From: a virus
Strand: one strand, 5' to 3'
IMG/VR virus record: IMGVR_UViG_3300042898_003434
Span: 1 to 64,000 of that record
DNA: 64,000 bases
The notes under the pieces: model-generated
Told to the model about the DNA's origin: nothing
What the model saw: the letters and a program-made list of their open reading frames with translations, nothing else
Databases searched by the model: none
Position numbers and translations under genes: made by a program
Shown: positions 46,901 to 54,755 of the stretch, piece by piece
How positions within the stretch are numbered: position 1 is the stretch's first letter
How the letters are laid out: the number at the start of each line of letters is the position of its first letter

Positions 46901-47440
46901 ATTTTTTAAATCGGCAATCATCTCATCAAAATGCGCGGTATTTTCTCCAGACTTATTTCGTGTTTCTTGGAGAATTGCCATTTGCTTTGCCAAATCAACT
47001 TGCTCTTCGTTGTTCTTTGTTATTTTTTCAGACAACTCTTTACGAAGTTTTTCATTCGCCTCCATGTCGTTTGTCACTCGACCCAAAGTACCCATAGTTT
47101 TTTTAATGTGCTGTTCTATGTTCAGCAACTCGGCAGCTTCTTTTTTCTTTTGTGATAAAAGCTTGAGTTCTAATCTACCCATGGATTCTATTTCAATCTT
47201 GTTCTCGGAGATTTGTGCACCTATTGACTTAATCGCTTCTTTTGTCTTATCGTACTCACCCAGCGCGTTTACTAACGATTTCTTGGTAATATCGTATTGA
47301 TTTGTTATCTGCTTCGATATATCGAATATATCCGTCAACGATTCATGGAAGTCTTTTACTCGCGATTTTGCTTCTTCGACTGATTTTTTAACATCGTCGA
47401 AGCCGTCGGCTAAATCTTTGGTTGGATCGTCCTTTGCCAT
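43934..47440 (-). CDS. tail tape measure protein
   Basis: 1168 aa; coiled coils, Ala/Gly-rich amphipathic repeats, C-terminal VNLDGRKV; after chaperone-like genes. Confidence 0.85.
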   Translation of the reverse strand: MAKDDPTKDLADGFDDVKKSVEEAKSRVKDFHESLTDIFDISKQITNQYDITKKSLVNALGEYDKTKEAIKSIGAQISENKIEIESMGRLELKLLSQKKKEAAELLNIEQHIKKTMGTLGRVTNDMEANEKLRKELSEKITKNNEEQVDLAKQMAILQETRNKSGENTAHFDEMIADLKNRQNLAALVGNSIVMKNISAELKHGALTDERGRLIDRLNEQFVHELIHKEKIKAIDEELNELSIKKSGLESKNLKLEGDLNNEALKASKLLSEIQGLTAKLNFWKLIKLGYDRFVELDKAAEEFRKQTGFSATQMKDLRKDAEALNVEFASMGVSIEVAYKSAQALTDTFGRTSLISKEALQNVSLLSVNLGVAQENSAAVLATFQGLGGASEQAAMNIIKVGAGISDKAGIPFKLVMQDVASASEDTLSMLGANPSKLMKSAIAARSMGMELNKLVSSQRKLLDFSASINDEMEASALLGRNVNFQLARQLAFEGRVEDSARATLETVKNAGDFNKMNVYQREALAKAAGMELKDLTKMMAVEAQRDAILMGSDEAKKATLKAQEKELAALKKINDLDSADLVKQNEKALMQQKIQGLITKLKTSLESMVVAIGNILEPIITPLVTIVVPIFSRIAQLVGLIAAGLAWVLSPIKWIADGVASIVDGTGSWSKTVEFAKEQVKDLGTFVGTLIQIAGAGLITNIFFGSGGVGAVMSMIAKPFKAVGSFAKSLVEKVKGPSTTTGTPDISKGVEKTEKSSRSMKSNNGSGIKSFLTNLAAGLKKMAGVEVLKGALNLIPASIGLVVMIPGVLGAKLLSMVDGEKLSAALEGIAKGLKKMAKGDVLLGAGSLTAAALAFAIMTVGAIGLAAVAFLGGPAGAGLELLASGLKAMGKGTVMAGIVSMGLLALAFAGIAYGFKQFAELEWGTLAKVGVAIVGLGLAAAGLGYIAPLIFAGSLAIGVLGLAIGVFGIGTTALAEGLPVLATGIEKMITPLTSLASTAGGLYLAAGGIGAIGIALAAFGTGSAVAGIGNFVGGLLGGDPIKKIKELSSMGSQLQLTADSIQKISTSMSNFGAVDSFAASVDKLTLSLSKLNDQVESMSTIKMAALAVISAAAPTAAPTTAAAPTDTSVGVLGGKLDELISLMRSGAIAVNLDGRKVSSAMASSARD

Positions 47441-47477
47441 TTATATATAAATACTTACATATAAATATTATAATTGA

Positions 47478-48398
47478 TCACTTTTTGACCGTTGGTGGCT
47501 TGGATATTTTATTAGAGCCACCGCCTTTAGATGCACTCTTATTGGCTTCTGCCTCGGCTTTCTTGGCTTCTACTAGTTTTTTTATGTAAAACGCACGCAG
47601 CATTGTTGGCATTTTATACACACCGTCTTGAGTAAATGCGCCATTACTATAATAACAAAGGTCAAATATCTCAGAGTGTATGTTCATTTTGCTTTCTGAG
47701 TTTATACCAAATATGTCCGGATTTATTTCTATCCGCGACTTCTTGGAAACAGAACATGATGGGCATGTGAAAGATATTTCATTTATATATCCAGGTATGC
47801 TCTTATTATAATAAGACCTGAAAGAATTACTATCCACCGCGCCTAATTGTTGATCATAAAAATCTTCTATACCATCTTTTTCGACACCGTCGATACTCAA
47901 TGTCATGCATTTTATAAATGTTAACCAACTATATTCATCATATATCTTATGCTCTGCACAAGTTGGCAGTTTGAAATATACAGTTCGTTTGCATCTAGGA
48001 AATGTATATGATAGCTTATTCACGCCTTTCTCGCATCTAGAAAAATCAAACTGAACAGATCTAAATGCAAAAGAAATGTCACCCTCGTGTTCTTGTTCGC
48101 ACGACTCGCATTTGTATTTTGTTTTAGCGACTGCACCGTAGTTTGCAATTCGTAAATTCAATAATATAGAATCACGGTCGCACTTCAACAGCGTGTCATA
48201 ATCAATACCACCCACCACAACTTCGTTCAGAAATTCTTTATCAAGGATTCCTCGTTTAGCAAAGTTTGAATTGGATAGCAATTCTTCTTGCTTTGCTGTG
48301 ATTGGGTATATACTGACCTTACCAGAAGATAATATATGCTCTTTGGGATAGAAATATCCCTCAGATGCCAACTCTATTATCTCATAGTTTAAACTCAC
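47478..48398 (-). CDS. baseplate hub assembly / tail chaperone paralog with C-terminal extension
   Basis: LASEGYFYP, TAKQEELL, two CxxC, SIDG; extra IFDLCYY...VYKMP..LR.FY segment. Confidence 0.65.
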   Translation of the reverse strand: MSLNYEIIELASEGYFYPKEHILSSGKVSIYPITAKQEELLSNSNFAKRGILDKEFLNEVVVGGIDYDTLLKCDRDSILLNLRIANYGAVAKTKYKCESCEQEHEGDISFAFRSVQFDFSRCEKGVNKLSYTFPRCKRTVYFKLPTCAEHKIYDEYSWLTFIKCMTLSIDGVEKDGIEDFYDQQLGAVDSNSFRSYYNKSIPGYINEISFTCPSCSVSKKSRIEINPDIFGINSESKMNIHSEIFDLCYYSNGAFTQDGVYKMPTMLRAFYIKKLVEAKKAEAEANKSASKGGGSNKISKPPTVKK

Positions 48399-48407
48399 AC
48401 ACAGCTA

Positions 48408-49244
48408 TCAATCAGTGATGTTTGGCCAGAAGAAGTTTGCACCAAGTGGAATAGATACTTTAGCTTGATGTCCACATGCTGGGCATGTAAATTCAAATGT
48501 CATATCCAAATCGGGTGTACTTTCTCTGATAAATCTGCGTAATGCCAAACTATCTTTTGCGGTTAATTGAGTATCAACGAAGTTTTTGACTTTGGATCTA
48601 TCAGAGTCACCTTCAATAGACTTAATTGTGTATTTAAGTCTAGTTGTGATTTCTGGAGATGCGGCATTTGCTCCCAGCTTGGCCAGCGCTTTTAATTCTT
48701 GCTCGATTTCTGATTCATCTTTGTGAGTAAGCAAACCGAACGTAATGGACTTACCTGATGTTGGCAGCGTAAATGCAAATCTGTTATCTCCCTTTGTTAA
48801 CTTGGAAGTATCGATGTCTTTTTCAACAACGTTGTCTAGATTAATATCAACCAAAGATTCAACGCCACATTCTGTGCATTTTACCTTTGTGGTATAAATT
48901 TCGCCATATGCACTCTTTCTGGCTGCAATAAATAACGAGTTTTTGTCACCAATTAAAAGGTCGTTTATTGTAACATTTGGAGTAGCGATCAACGCTTTCA
49001 AGAATTCATCAAGAACAGTTCCTTTCTTCAGCAAGTTGGCGTTGCTAAGAATATCTTCGTGCTTGGCGGTGACTTGATATATTTCAATCGTTCCGCTGGA
49101 CAATGGGCTGTTTTCTGGATAGAACAATCCCTTGGACGGCAACTTTACCGTGATTGTTGGTAAAGTTGATTTTGTTGATTCTGATTGAGCAGCCACCGGT
49201 TTTGGTGCTGCGTTATTTTTAGCGACGGGTATATTTGATTCCAT
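48408..49244 (-). CDS. baseplate hub assembly / tail chaperone (gp26-like)
   Basis: LPSKGLFYP, TAKHEDIL, LLIGDKN, two CxxC, NFFWP. Confidence 0.75.
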   Translation of the reverse strand: MESNIPVAKNNAAPKPVAAQSESTKSTLPTITVKLPSKGLFYPENSPLSSGTIEIYQVTAKHEDILSNANLLKKGTVLDEFLKALIATPNVTINDLLIGDKNSLFIAARKSAYGEIYTTKVKCTECGVESLVDINLDNVVEKDIDTSKLTKGDNRFAFTLPTSGKSITFGLLTHKDESEIEQELKALAKLGANAASPEITTRLKYTIKSIEGDSDRSKVKNFVDTQLTAKDSLALRRFIRESTPDLDMTFEFTCPACGHQAKVSIPLGANFFWPNITD

Positions 49245-49443
49245 ATTATTATAACGTTTACTTTATCATATATATGAATTACAATAAGTTTTTCATATAT
49301 ATAAAAAGTTTATTTACTATTTTTATTTTCGGTCAAGTTTTTCTTTCTACCAAGCTTTGGTATAAGTACCGATGCTATCAACGAAACTACCGCCGAAACG
49401 CCTATAATCCACATAGGAACGCTGACGGCGGTGCATGAATTGT

Positions 49444-50394
49444 CTACCACGACGCAGACGGCGTGGCTGGTCGTTTTAGTATATCACACTTACCCGTCCT
49501 AGGGTTAACTATAACCATTGCAATTATAATAACTCCCATTGATACTGCTACTATCCAGAACGGTACCATCACTGCTATATAAGCCATCCCTAGAGTAAAA
49601 ACCCCAGCAATAATAAAAGTGGGACTCTTTAAAAGTAAACCACCCACTAATTGTAGTATACCCACAATTGCTAAGGCTTTTACTATCCAGCGTAGCATTT
49701 CCATACGTTGTTCTTCTTTAGCTGAAGCAATCTTAGCTTCGGTTTCTTTTTGAATGCGTTCTATTTCAACTTGTCTTGCAGCTTCTAAACGTTGTATTGT
49801 GACTTTGTTTTCTTCTCTCAACTTACGTTTTTCTTCTTCTTTTTCTTCGATTAATCTAGTTGCGCTTTCGTAAGCAGCCGCAGCAAGCAAACCTTCTCTA
49901 ACTTTTTCTTCATATTTTTTAAGTAACTCTTCAACAGCTTTTTTTCTATCTAAGTCGACTTCTGCTCTTATATTAAGTCTTGTATCTTCGGGCAGTTGAT
50001 CCAAACGAGCCATATTTTCTTTAGCTCGTAAATGAGCAATAAGAAAGTCTAAATCTGTATCTTTTTTATTATTATCTGTAACGTAATAGATACCATAGTT
50101 AACTTTGCTTATTTCGGCAAAGTTTGCAAAGTCCACTTGTTCTCTCTTTTTATATGTTTCTTCTAACTCTTTGCGGAATTCGTCATACTCTTGCTCCATC
50201 TTAAGTTTAGCTTCTTGTAATTTTTTATCTGAATCGGCTATTTGACCCAAAGCTTCATTGGTTGCTTGACCCCCAACAATTGCTTTGTCTGGAGTACTTC
50301 CCAAACTTTTCCATGCCTCAGGCATTTTTAGACCTGGTATTATAGAACAACCGGTTAAGAATACCAATATAAATATTAGTGCATATACTCGCAT
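49444..50394 (-). CDS. lipoprotein with coiled coil and C-terminal TM helices (candidate unimolecular spanin)
   Basis: Lipobox FLTGC at residue 16, long charged helical region, 2-3 C-terminal hydrophobic helices. Confidence 0.55.
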   Translation of the reverse strand: MRVYALIFILVFLTGCSIIPGLKMPEAWKSLGSTPDKAIVGGQATNEALGQIADSDKKLQEAKLKMEQEYDEFRKELEETYKKREQVDFANFAEISKVNYGIYYVTDNNKKDTDLDFLIAHLRAKENMARLDQLPEDTRLNIRAEVDLDRKKAVEELLKKYEEKVREGLLAAAAYESATRLIEEKEEEKRKLREENKVTIQRLEAARQVEIERIQKETEAKIASAKEEQRMEMLRWIVKALAIVGILQLVGGLLLKSPTFIIAGVFTLGMAYIAVMVPFWIVAVSMGVIIIAMVIVNPRTGKCDILKRPATPSASW

Positions 50395-50433
50395 GACTAT
50401 ATAACAATTAATATTGCGCTCGGTATTTTCATA

Positions 50434-51333
50434 TTATTTCGCAACCACCGACGGTTCTCCGAGTTTGGATTTATCAACTACTAAATCAAGTGTTGAGCCT
50501 TGAAGTAGTTTATCGTCATAGAACAATTCCTCTAATTCTTGATACTTAGCTGAAACAGACGGAGTTAAATTATAATTTGCTAGATCTTCGATTCTATAAA
50601 GATTCTTTTCCATCTTGTCGTTACTGATCTTACCAGACGGTAAACGGAAATCAAAATTTCCAATTTTTTTACCGTTTAATTTTACAATGACTTTAGAATT
50701 CGGTTTAGCGGATGTCATTGGTTGATCATCACCGTCGTCTTCGGCGTCGTCTTCACTGGCATCCTCACTGTCGTCGGCACCCACGTTCGTTGATGGTGCC
50801 GCCGATGGTATCGTCGATGGTGCCGCTGCATCTTTCTTTGGACGACCCATTCCCTGAATACCTTTTGGAACATATGGTCCTTTTGGCGCTTCGGTTGGCA
50901 TTCCGTCTGGATACAGCTCTGAATTTGGGTGTCCTTTTATTGACCATCCGGTTGGTGAGTTTGTATCTTCGACTTTGAATTTATTTCCGATACCGTATGC
51001 AACACCGTCTCTGATACTGGCTGGGGTTCTTGACATTTCATCTGTGCGATGTTTCTCTAGTTCTTCACGTATCATAGCAACAATATCTTCTTTCATTACG
51101 CTAGGCGTTGCTGGTTTTTTTACAACTGGCAGTTTCTTACCTTCTTGTTTTTCTTTTGGCTCGGAATTTGACGTGAGATTTTTATCGGTCGCAATTTTTT
51201 CTGTGTGTTCTACAGAATCGGATGTCTTTTTAAATCCAGACAAGCCTTTTGACTCTTCTAGTTTTTGTTGTCTAACGACAACAGCTTCTTGTACGATCAC
51301 TTTAATTAGTTGTTTTAGTTCTGATTTTTTCAT
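50434..51333 (-). CDS. hypothetical protein with MKKSELKQLI leader
   Basis: Start reassigned to ATG 51333; GRPKK motif and acidic tract. Confidence 0.7.
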   Translation of the reverse strand: MKKSELKQLIKVIVQEAVVVRQQKLEESKGLSGFKKTSDSVEHTEKIATDKNLTSNSEPKEKQEGKKLPVVKKPATPSVMKEDIVAMIREELEKHRTDEMSRTPASIRDGVAYGIGNKFKVEDTNSPTGWSIKGHPNSELYPDGMPTEAPKGPYVPKGIQGMGRPKKDAAAPSTIPSAAPSTNVGADDSEDASEDDAEDDGDDQPMTSAKPNSKVIVKLNGKKIGNFDFRLPSGKISNDKMEKNLYRIEDLANYNLTPSVSAKYQELEELFYDDKLLQGSTLDLVVDKSKLGEPSVVAK

Positions 51334-51343
51334 AATTATAAAT

Positions 51344-51580
51344 TTATTGATTGGGTTGAGCTGGATCTGCATTAACTGTCATATACAAAATACCATTGTT
51401 ACTGTATACTTCGATGATTTCTAAATCATGAGATCCATAATGAGTAAGAATTTTTACTTCTTTTACATTTTCACCTTGAATAATATCATTTAACTTACTC
51501 GCAATATCTTGTCCCTTAGATTCGGTTATCTTACGACGAATTACTTCTCCTATTAGTTTTTTTAATTCCGATTTTTTCAT
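51344..51580 (-). CDS. small hypothetical protein with MKKSELKKLI leader
   Basis: Leader motif shared with neighbours. Confidence 0.7.
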   Translation of the reverse strand: MKKSELKKLIGEVIRRKITESKGQDIASKLNDIIQGENVKEVKILTHYGSHDLEIIEVYSNNGILYMTVNADPAQPNQ

Positions 51581-51582
51581 AA

Positions 51583-51939
51583 TCACTTTGCGTATTTTTT
51601 TTGCAACGATTCGATTTCTTTAGCAATCTTTGCTGAGTTTTGTTGGACCTTGGCTTTTTGTTGCTCTAGGTCTTGGGTCTTTCGCATAACAGGAGCTTTT
51701 AATTTTTGAATAGCACCATCGATCTTCTGATTGTCATTATTCAATTTATCTTGTTGCTTTTTCAAGTTGGCCATCTTAACTTTATCTGAGTCCGACATAT
51801 TCGAAGAGTCGTCCGCCGACTTTTTCTCGTCCTGTGGTACGTTTGATTGTAATGGAGCGTCTGTTGCTCCCAACGTTGCCTCTTTTAACTTTCTTTTTAC
51901 CATTTCTTTTATAAATTCTTTCAACTCTTCTTTATTCAT
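51583..51939 (-). CDS. coiled-coil hypothetical protein with MNKEELKEFI leader
   Basis: 118 aa, leader motif. Confidence 0.7.
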   Translation of the reverse strand: MNKEELKEFIKEMVKRKLKEATLGATDAPLQSNVPQDEKKSADDSSNMSDSDKVKMANLKKQQDKLNNDNQKIDGAIQKLKAPVMRKTQDLEQQKAKVQQNSAKIAKEIESLQKKYAK

Positions 51940-52062
51940 ATTTTATTTTTTGTTTTTTTAATTTAGTTGAAATTTATATATAATATATATATTAAGACAT
52001 TCTTAATTATACACAGGTGCGTCGGAGTATGTCAAGACAAATTAAATGTTTTTGATTTTATT

Positions 52063-52896
52063 TTACTTACCGTGCATTTTTAGCAATTGAATAGCAAGTT
52101 TCTTTATTTCGGTTGCATGATCAACTTCTTTTTTTTCATTAGGATCATTCATGTCAATTTCGCCGCCAACTTCGTCTAGTTGACCGTGCATTTTCAAAAA
52201 CGCATCGATGTGTTTTTTCATCTTCTTCGCAATACCAACTTCTTGTTTTTCTTCCGGATTACTCATGTCGGCTTCGTCATGATTTTCTTTGATATTATAC
52301 ATTTTTCTAAATGCATCATATGCATACGTAACGTCTCCGGAAAATGCATAAACACCAATGTCCTTCTTTCCGTTTGGATATTTTGCGTTAACAAATTCAA
52401 ATTTTTGACCACTCATCATAAACGGTTCTTCGTCTCTCATTTGGCTTATATATTCAACATACAAAGGGGCTTCTTCTGTAGATTCATATAAACCTTCTTC
52501 GCGGTCAGCGCAAGCAGAGCATTGATACCCCTTTTTCTTTTCCCAAGAACTTAATGCATCTGGTGTATTACATGTTGGACATTCGTGACGAGATTTGTCT
52601 TTTTTGTTATGCGAACTTATCTTATCGTTATATTTCATGCGCTCTTCCGCATCTGGATCATAATCTTCATTCTTACCTTTCTCTTCATAGGCCATCCACA
52701 TTTCACTGATTCTTTGGTCGCCCTCATTCTTTTTATTATGAATAGTCCACATTGTGGCATATGCTCTGGCTGGATTTTTTTTGTATTTAGACAACAGCTG
52801 CTTTTCTAACGCACGAGGAAACTTTGGTGGGGCAGCTTCCGTCATAGCTTCACCAATAGCTTCGTTGATAAGATTCTTTAATTCCGATTTATTCAT
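52063..52896 (-). CDS. modular hypothetical protein with MNKSELKNLINE leader
   Basis: Zn ribbon CPTC/CSAC, C-terminal tandem repeat ending LKMHG. Confidence 0.7.
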   Translation of the reverse strand: MNKSELKNLINEAIGEAMTEAAPPKFPRALEKQLLSKYKKNPARAYATMWTIHNKKNEGDQRISEMWMAYEEKGKNEDYDPDAEERMKYNDKISSHNKKDKSRHECPTCNTPDALSSWEKKKGYQCSACADREEGLYESTEEAPLYVEYISQMRDEEPFMMSGQKFEFVNAKYPNGKKDIGVYAFSGDVTYAYDAFRKMYNIKENHDEADMSNPEEKQEVGIAKKMKKHIDAFLKMHGQLDEVGGEIDMNDPNEKKEVDHATEIKKLAIQLLKMHGK

Positions 52897-53504
52897 AATG
52901 TTTTACATTTATTTGAGTGTTTTGTTAAATTTCCTTTATCCAAGCATTTACCGCAATTTGGACAAGGATACTTTTGTCTTTTTATCGCTGCTTGGGATTT
53001 TTTTGAACGAGCTAATTCTGGATCCGATAGTGTCATTTTAATTCCTTTGTTCCACGATGGTTTTCCTCGTCTTGATTTTCCTGGATCTCCAGCAGATATC
53101 TTCTTACTCACGGTATCTGAATCATACATTTCAGTCCAGTGCTTTATTTCTCCACTATTAAGTTTCATTTTGAGAGTTTTTGATGTCTTCAATTTGGTCA
53201 ATTCGGAATGAGTTCTTCCCTTACTTGCCACAGACCTTTGTTCGAACGTCCACCCGCAAAATCCAAGTTTTTCTTTTTTGGATTTTTGTCCTCCAAGTTT
53301 TCCTCCGATGGACGCCCATTTGATCCCGTCGTGATTATGTATTTTTGCATGTTCCTCCGCCGACACCGCAATAAGGTTATGTATATCATTGTTGTATGGA
53401 TTTCCGTCAACATGATGGATATGATAGCCATCTGGAATAGCGCATTTATGAGCCTCATACAAAGCTCTATAATTAACATTTGCTAATTTGTGGTGCTTAC
53501 TCAT
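52893..53504 (-). CDS. HNH homing endonuclease with NUMOD3-like motifs
   Basis: IHHVDGNPYNNDIHNL...EHAKIH; HSELTKLK, KPSWNKG; C-terminal Zn finger. Confidence 0.85.
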   Translation of the reverse strand: MSKHHKLANVNYRALYEAHKCAIPDGYHIHHVDGNPYNNDIHNLIAVSAEEHAKIHNHDGIKWASIGGKLGGQKSKKEKLGFCGWTFEQRSVASKGRTHSELTKLKTSKTLKMKLNSGEIKHWTEMYDSDTVSKKISAGDPGKSRRGKPSWNKGIKMTLSDPELARSKKSQAAIKRQKYPCPNCGKCLDKGNLTKHSNKCKTL

Positions 53505-53507
53505 GAC

Positions 53508-54026
53508 TCACCATTTTCTACAACTCCAATATCTCGCAGATGTTCTATCTTTCGCAGAAGAACATTTATGTCTTGCCCTGAAACTCTTGCGGCGCTTTGG
53601 ATTGCTCTTTTTGATTCTCATATTTGGATCACCAAAATTGACTTTCTTTACTTTTCCGGTTTTTGGATTCTTAACAAAAACTTTCGATTTTTTTACATCG
53701 CCCTTCATAGGAACGCCAAGTTTAACTTTACGACCACGATATTCTGCCTCTTCAATCTTAGCATCTGCATTAAAATCTCCATACATTTCATAGAATTCAT
53801 TGCCTTCACATGTATGCTCATCGCCCTCTGGAATCATGTCCCATTTTGGTGATTCGTAGTATTCTTCCAAATCTTCCTCCTCGTTGACTGGTACACAGTT
53901 TGGTACTTCTTTCCCATTCTTTTTCTTTGTGCCGTATGCTGTGTAGCCTTTCCAACACGGATTTTCCATTTTAGTTACTTCTTCAACAGCCTCACGGATC
54001 AAAAGTTTAAGTTCGGATTTAGTCAT
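53508..54026 (-). CDS. conserved T4-like phage protein with leader motif
   Basis: PCWKGY...GTKKKNGKEVPNCVP and VNFGDPNM...RRKSFRARHKC...YWSCRKW modules. Confidence 0.7.
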   Translation of the reverse strand: MTKSELKLLIREAVEEVTKMENPCWKGYTAYGTKKKNGKEVPNCVPVNEEEDLEEYYESPKWDMIPEGDEHTCEGNEFYEMYGDFNADAKIEEAEYRGRKVKLGVPMKGDVKKSKVFVKNPKTGKVKKVNFGDPNMRIKKSNPKRRKSFRARHKCSSAKDRTSARYWSCRKW

Positions 54027-54079
54027 AGTTTGCGATGTGTATATAAATATAACTCCCTATGTAAAAAAAGTATAAGTGC

Positions 54080-54110
54080 AAAAAAAATCCCCCTCAAAAC
54101 GAAGGGGATT
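54080..54110 (-). terminator. intrinsic terminator after tail tube gene
   Basis: AATCCCC/GGGGATT stem with T tract on minus strand. Confidence 0.7.
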
Positions 54111-54131
54111 GTATATAAAAAAGAATATATC

Positions 54132-54629
54132 TTAGTATTCCAATACGCAATAGTCCATTGCGATGGTGATGCTAACCATTAGTGGGTCGCCACCGTTACT
54201 CCAATCAAGAGCTGTGGTGTTGAAATTAACCGATGATGGGAAAGCGCCGTAAATAGACCACTTTTCAACTTTATCGCCCACTGGACCAAGAACGTCGATG
54301 GTTAGAGTCTTCTTATAGAAGTCTGCATATCCGTTACGACCAGTAACAGACTCGTGACCTAGACGTACCCATTCCATAACAGCTTGAGCTGCGGATGGAA
54401 CGATTGGGTCGTATAGAGTCACTTCAATGTCTTGCCATTCAGATTTACCCTTCAACTTACGTTTCAAGTTGATGTGGTCTAGTGTGATTGGATTGTTGTT
54501 GATTTGAGGACGACCCACGGCTTTAATTAAATAAGCTGGGATACCGTCGATACCCATGATGAAGCGGTTAGCCACCTTTGGTTCGAAGGCCGTAAAGAAG
54601 ATTTCGTTTGATGCTAGTAGTTCTGCCAT
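54132..54629 (-). CDS. tail tube protein (gp19-like)
   Basis: FEPK..NRF, GK..WQDI.VTLYDPI, VMEWVR, YKK, VEKW...GAFP. Confidence 0.9.
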   Translation of the reverse strand: MAELLASNEIFFTAFEPKVANRFIMGIDGIPAYLIKAVGRPQINNNPITLDHINLKRKLKGKSEWQDIEVTLYDPIVPSAAQAVMEWVRLGHESVTGRNGYADFYKKTLTIDVLGPVGDKVEKWSIYGAFPSSVNFNTTALDWSNGGDPLMVSITIAMDYCVLEY

Positions 54630-54660
54630 AATATTTTAAATGATTAGTTGTTATTTTACC

Positions 54661-54688
54661 TTGACAATAGATAAATAAACATTACAAT
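54661..54688 (+). promoter_or_regulatory. sigma70-type promoter for plus-strand block
   Basis: TTGACA-16-TACAAT; TATTTAT motif also on plus strand at 54723-54729. Confidence 0.6.
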
Positions 54689-54755
54689 CAAGAAATCATA
54701 TAATATTTAATAACTATTTTACTATTTATCCTTATATAAACTAAAAGTATATAAT

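Noticed and set aside
44655-47300. Long antisense ORFs (333 aa, 238 aa) on the plus strand
   Set aside because: Shadow frames of the tape measure gene produced by its codon bias; no promoter or recognisable motifs. The same applies to the many short ORFs nested in larger genes.
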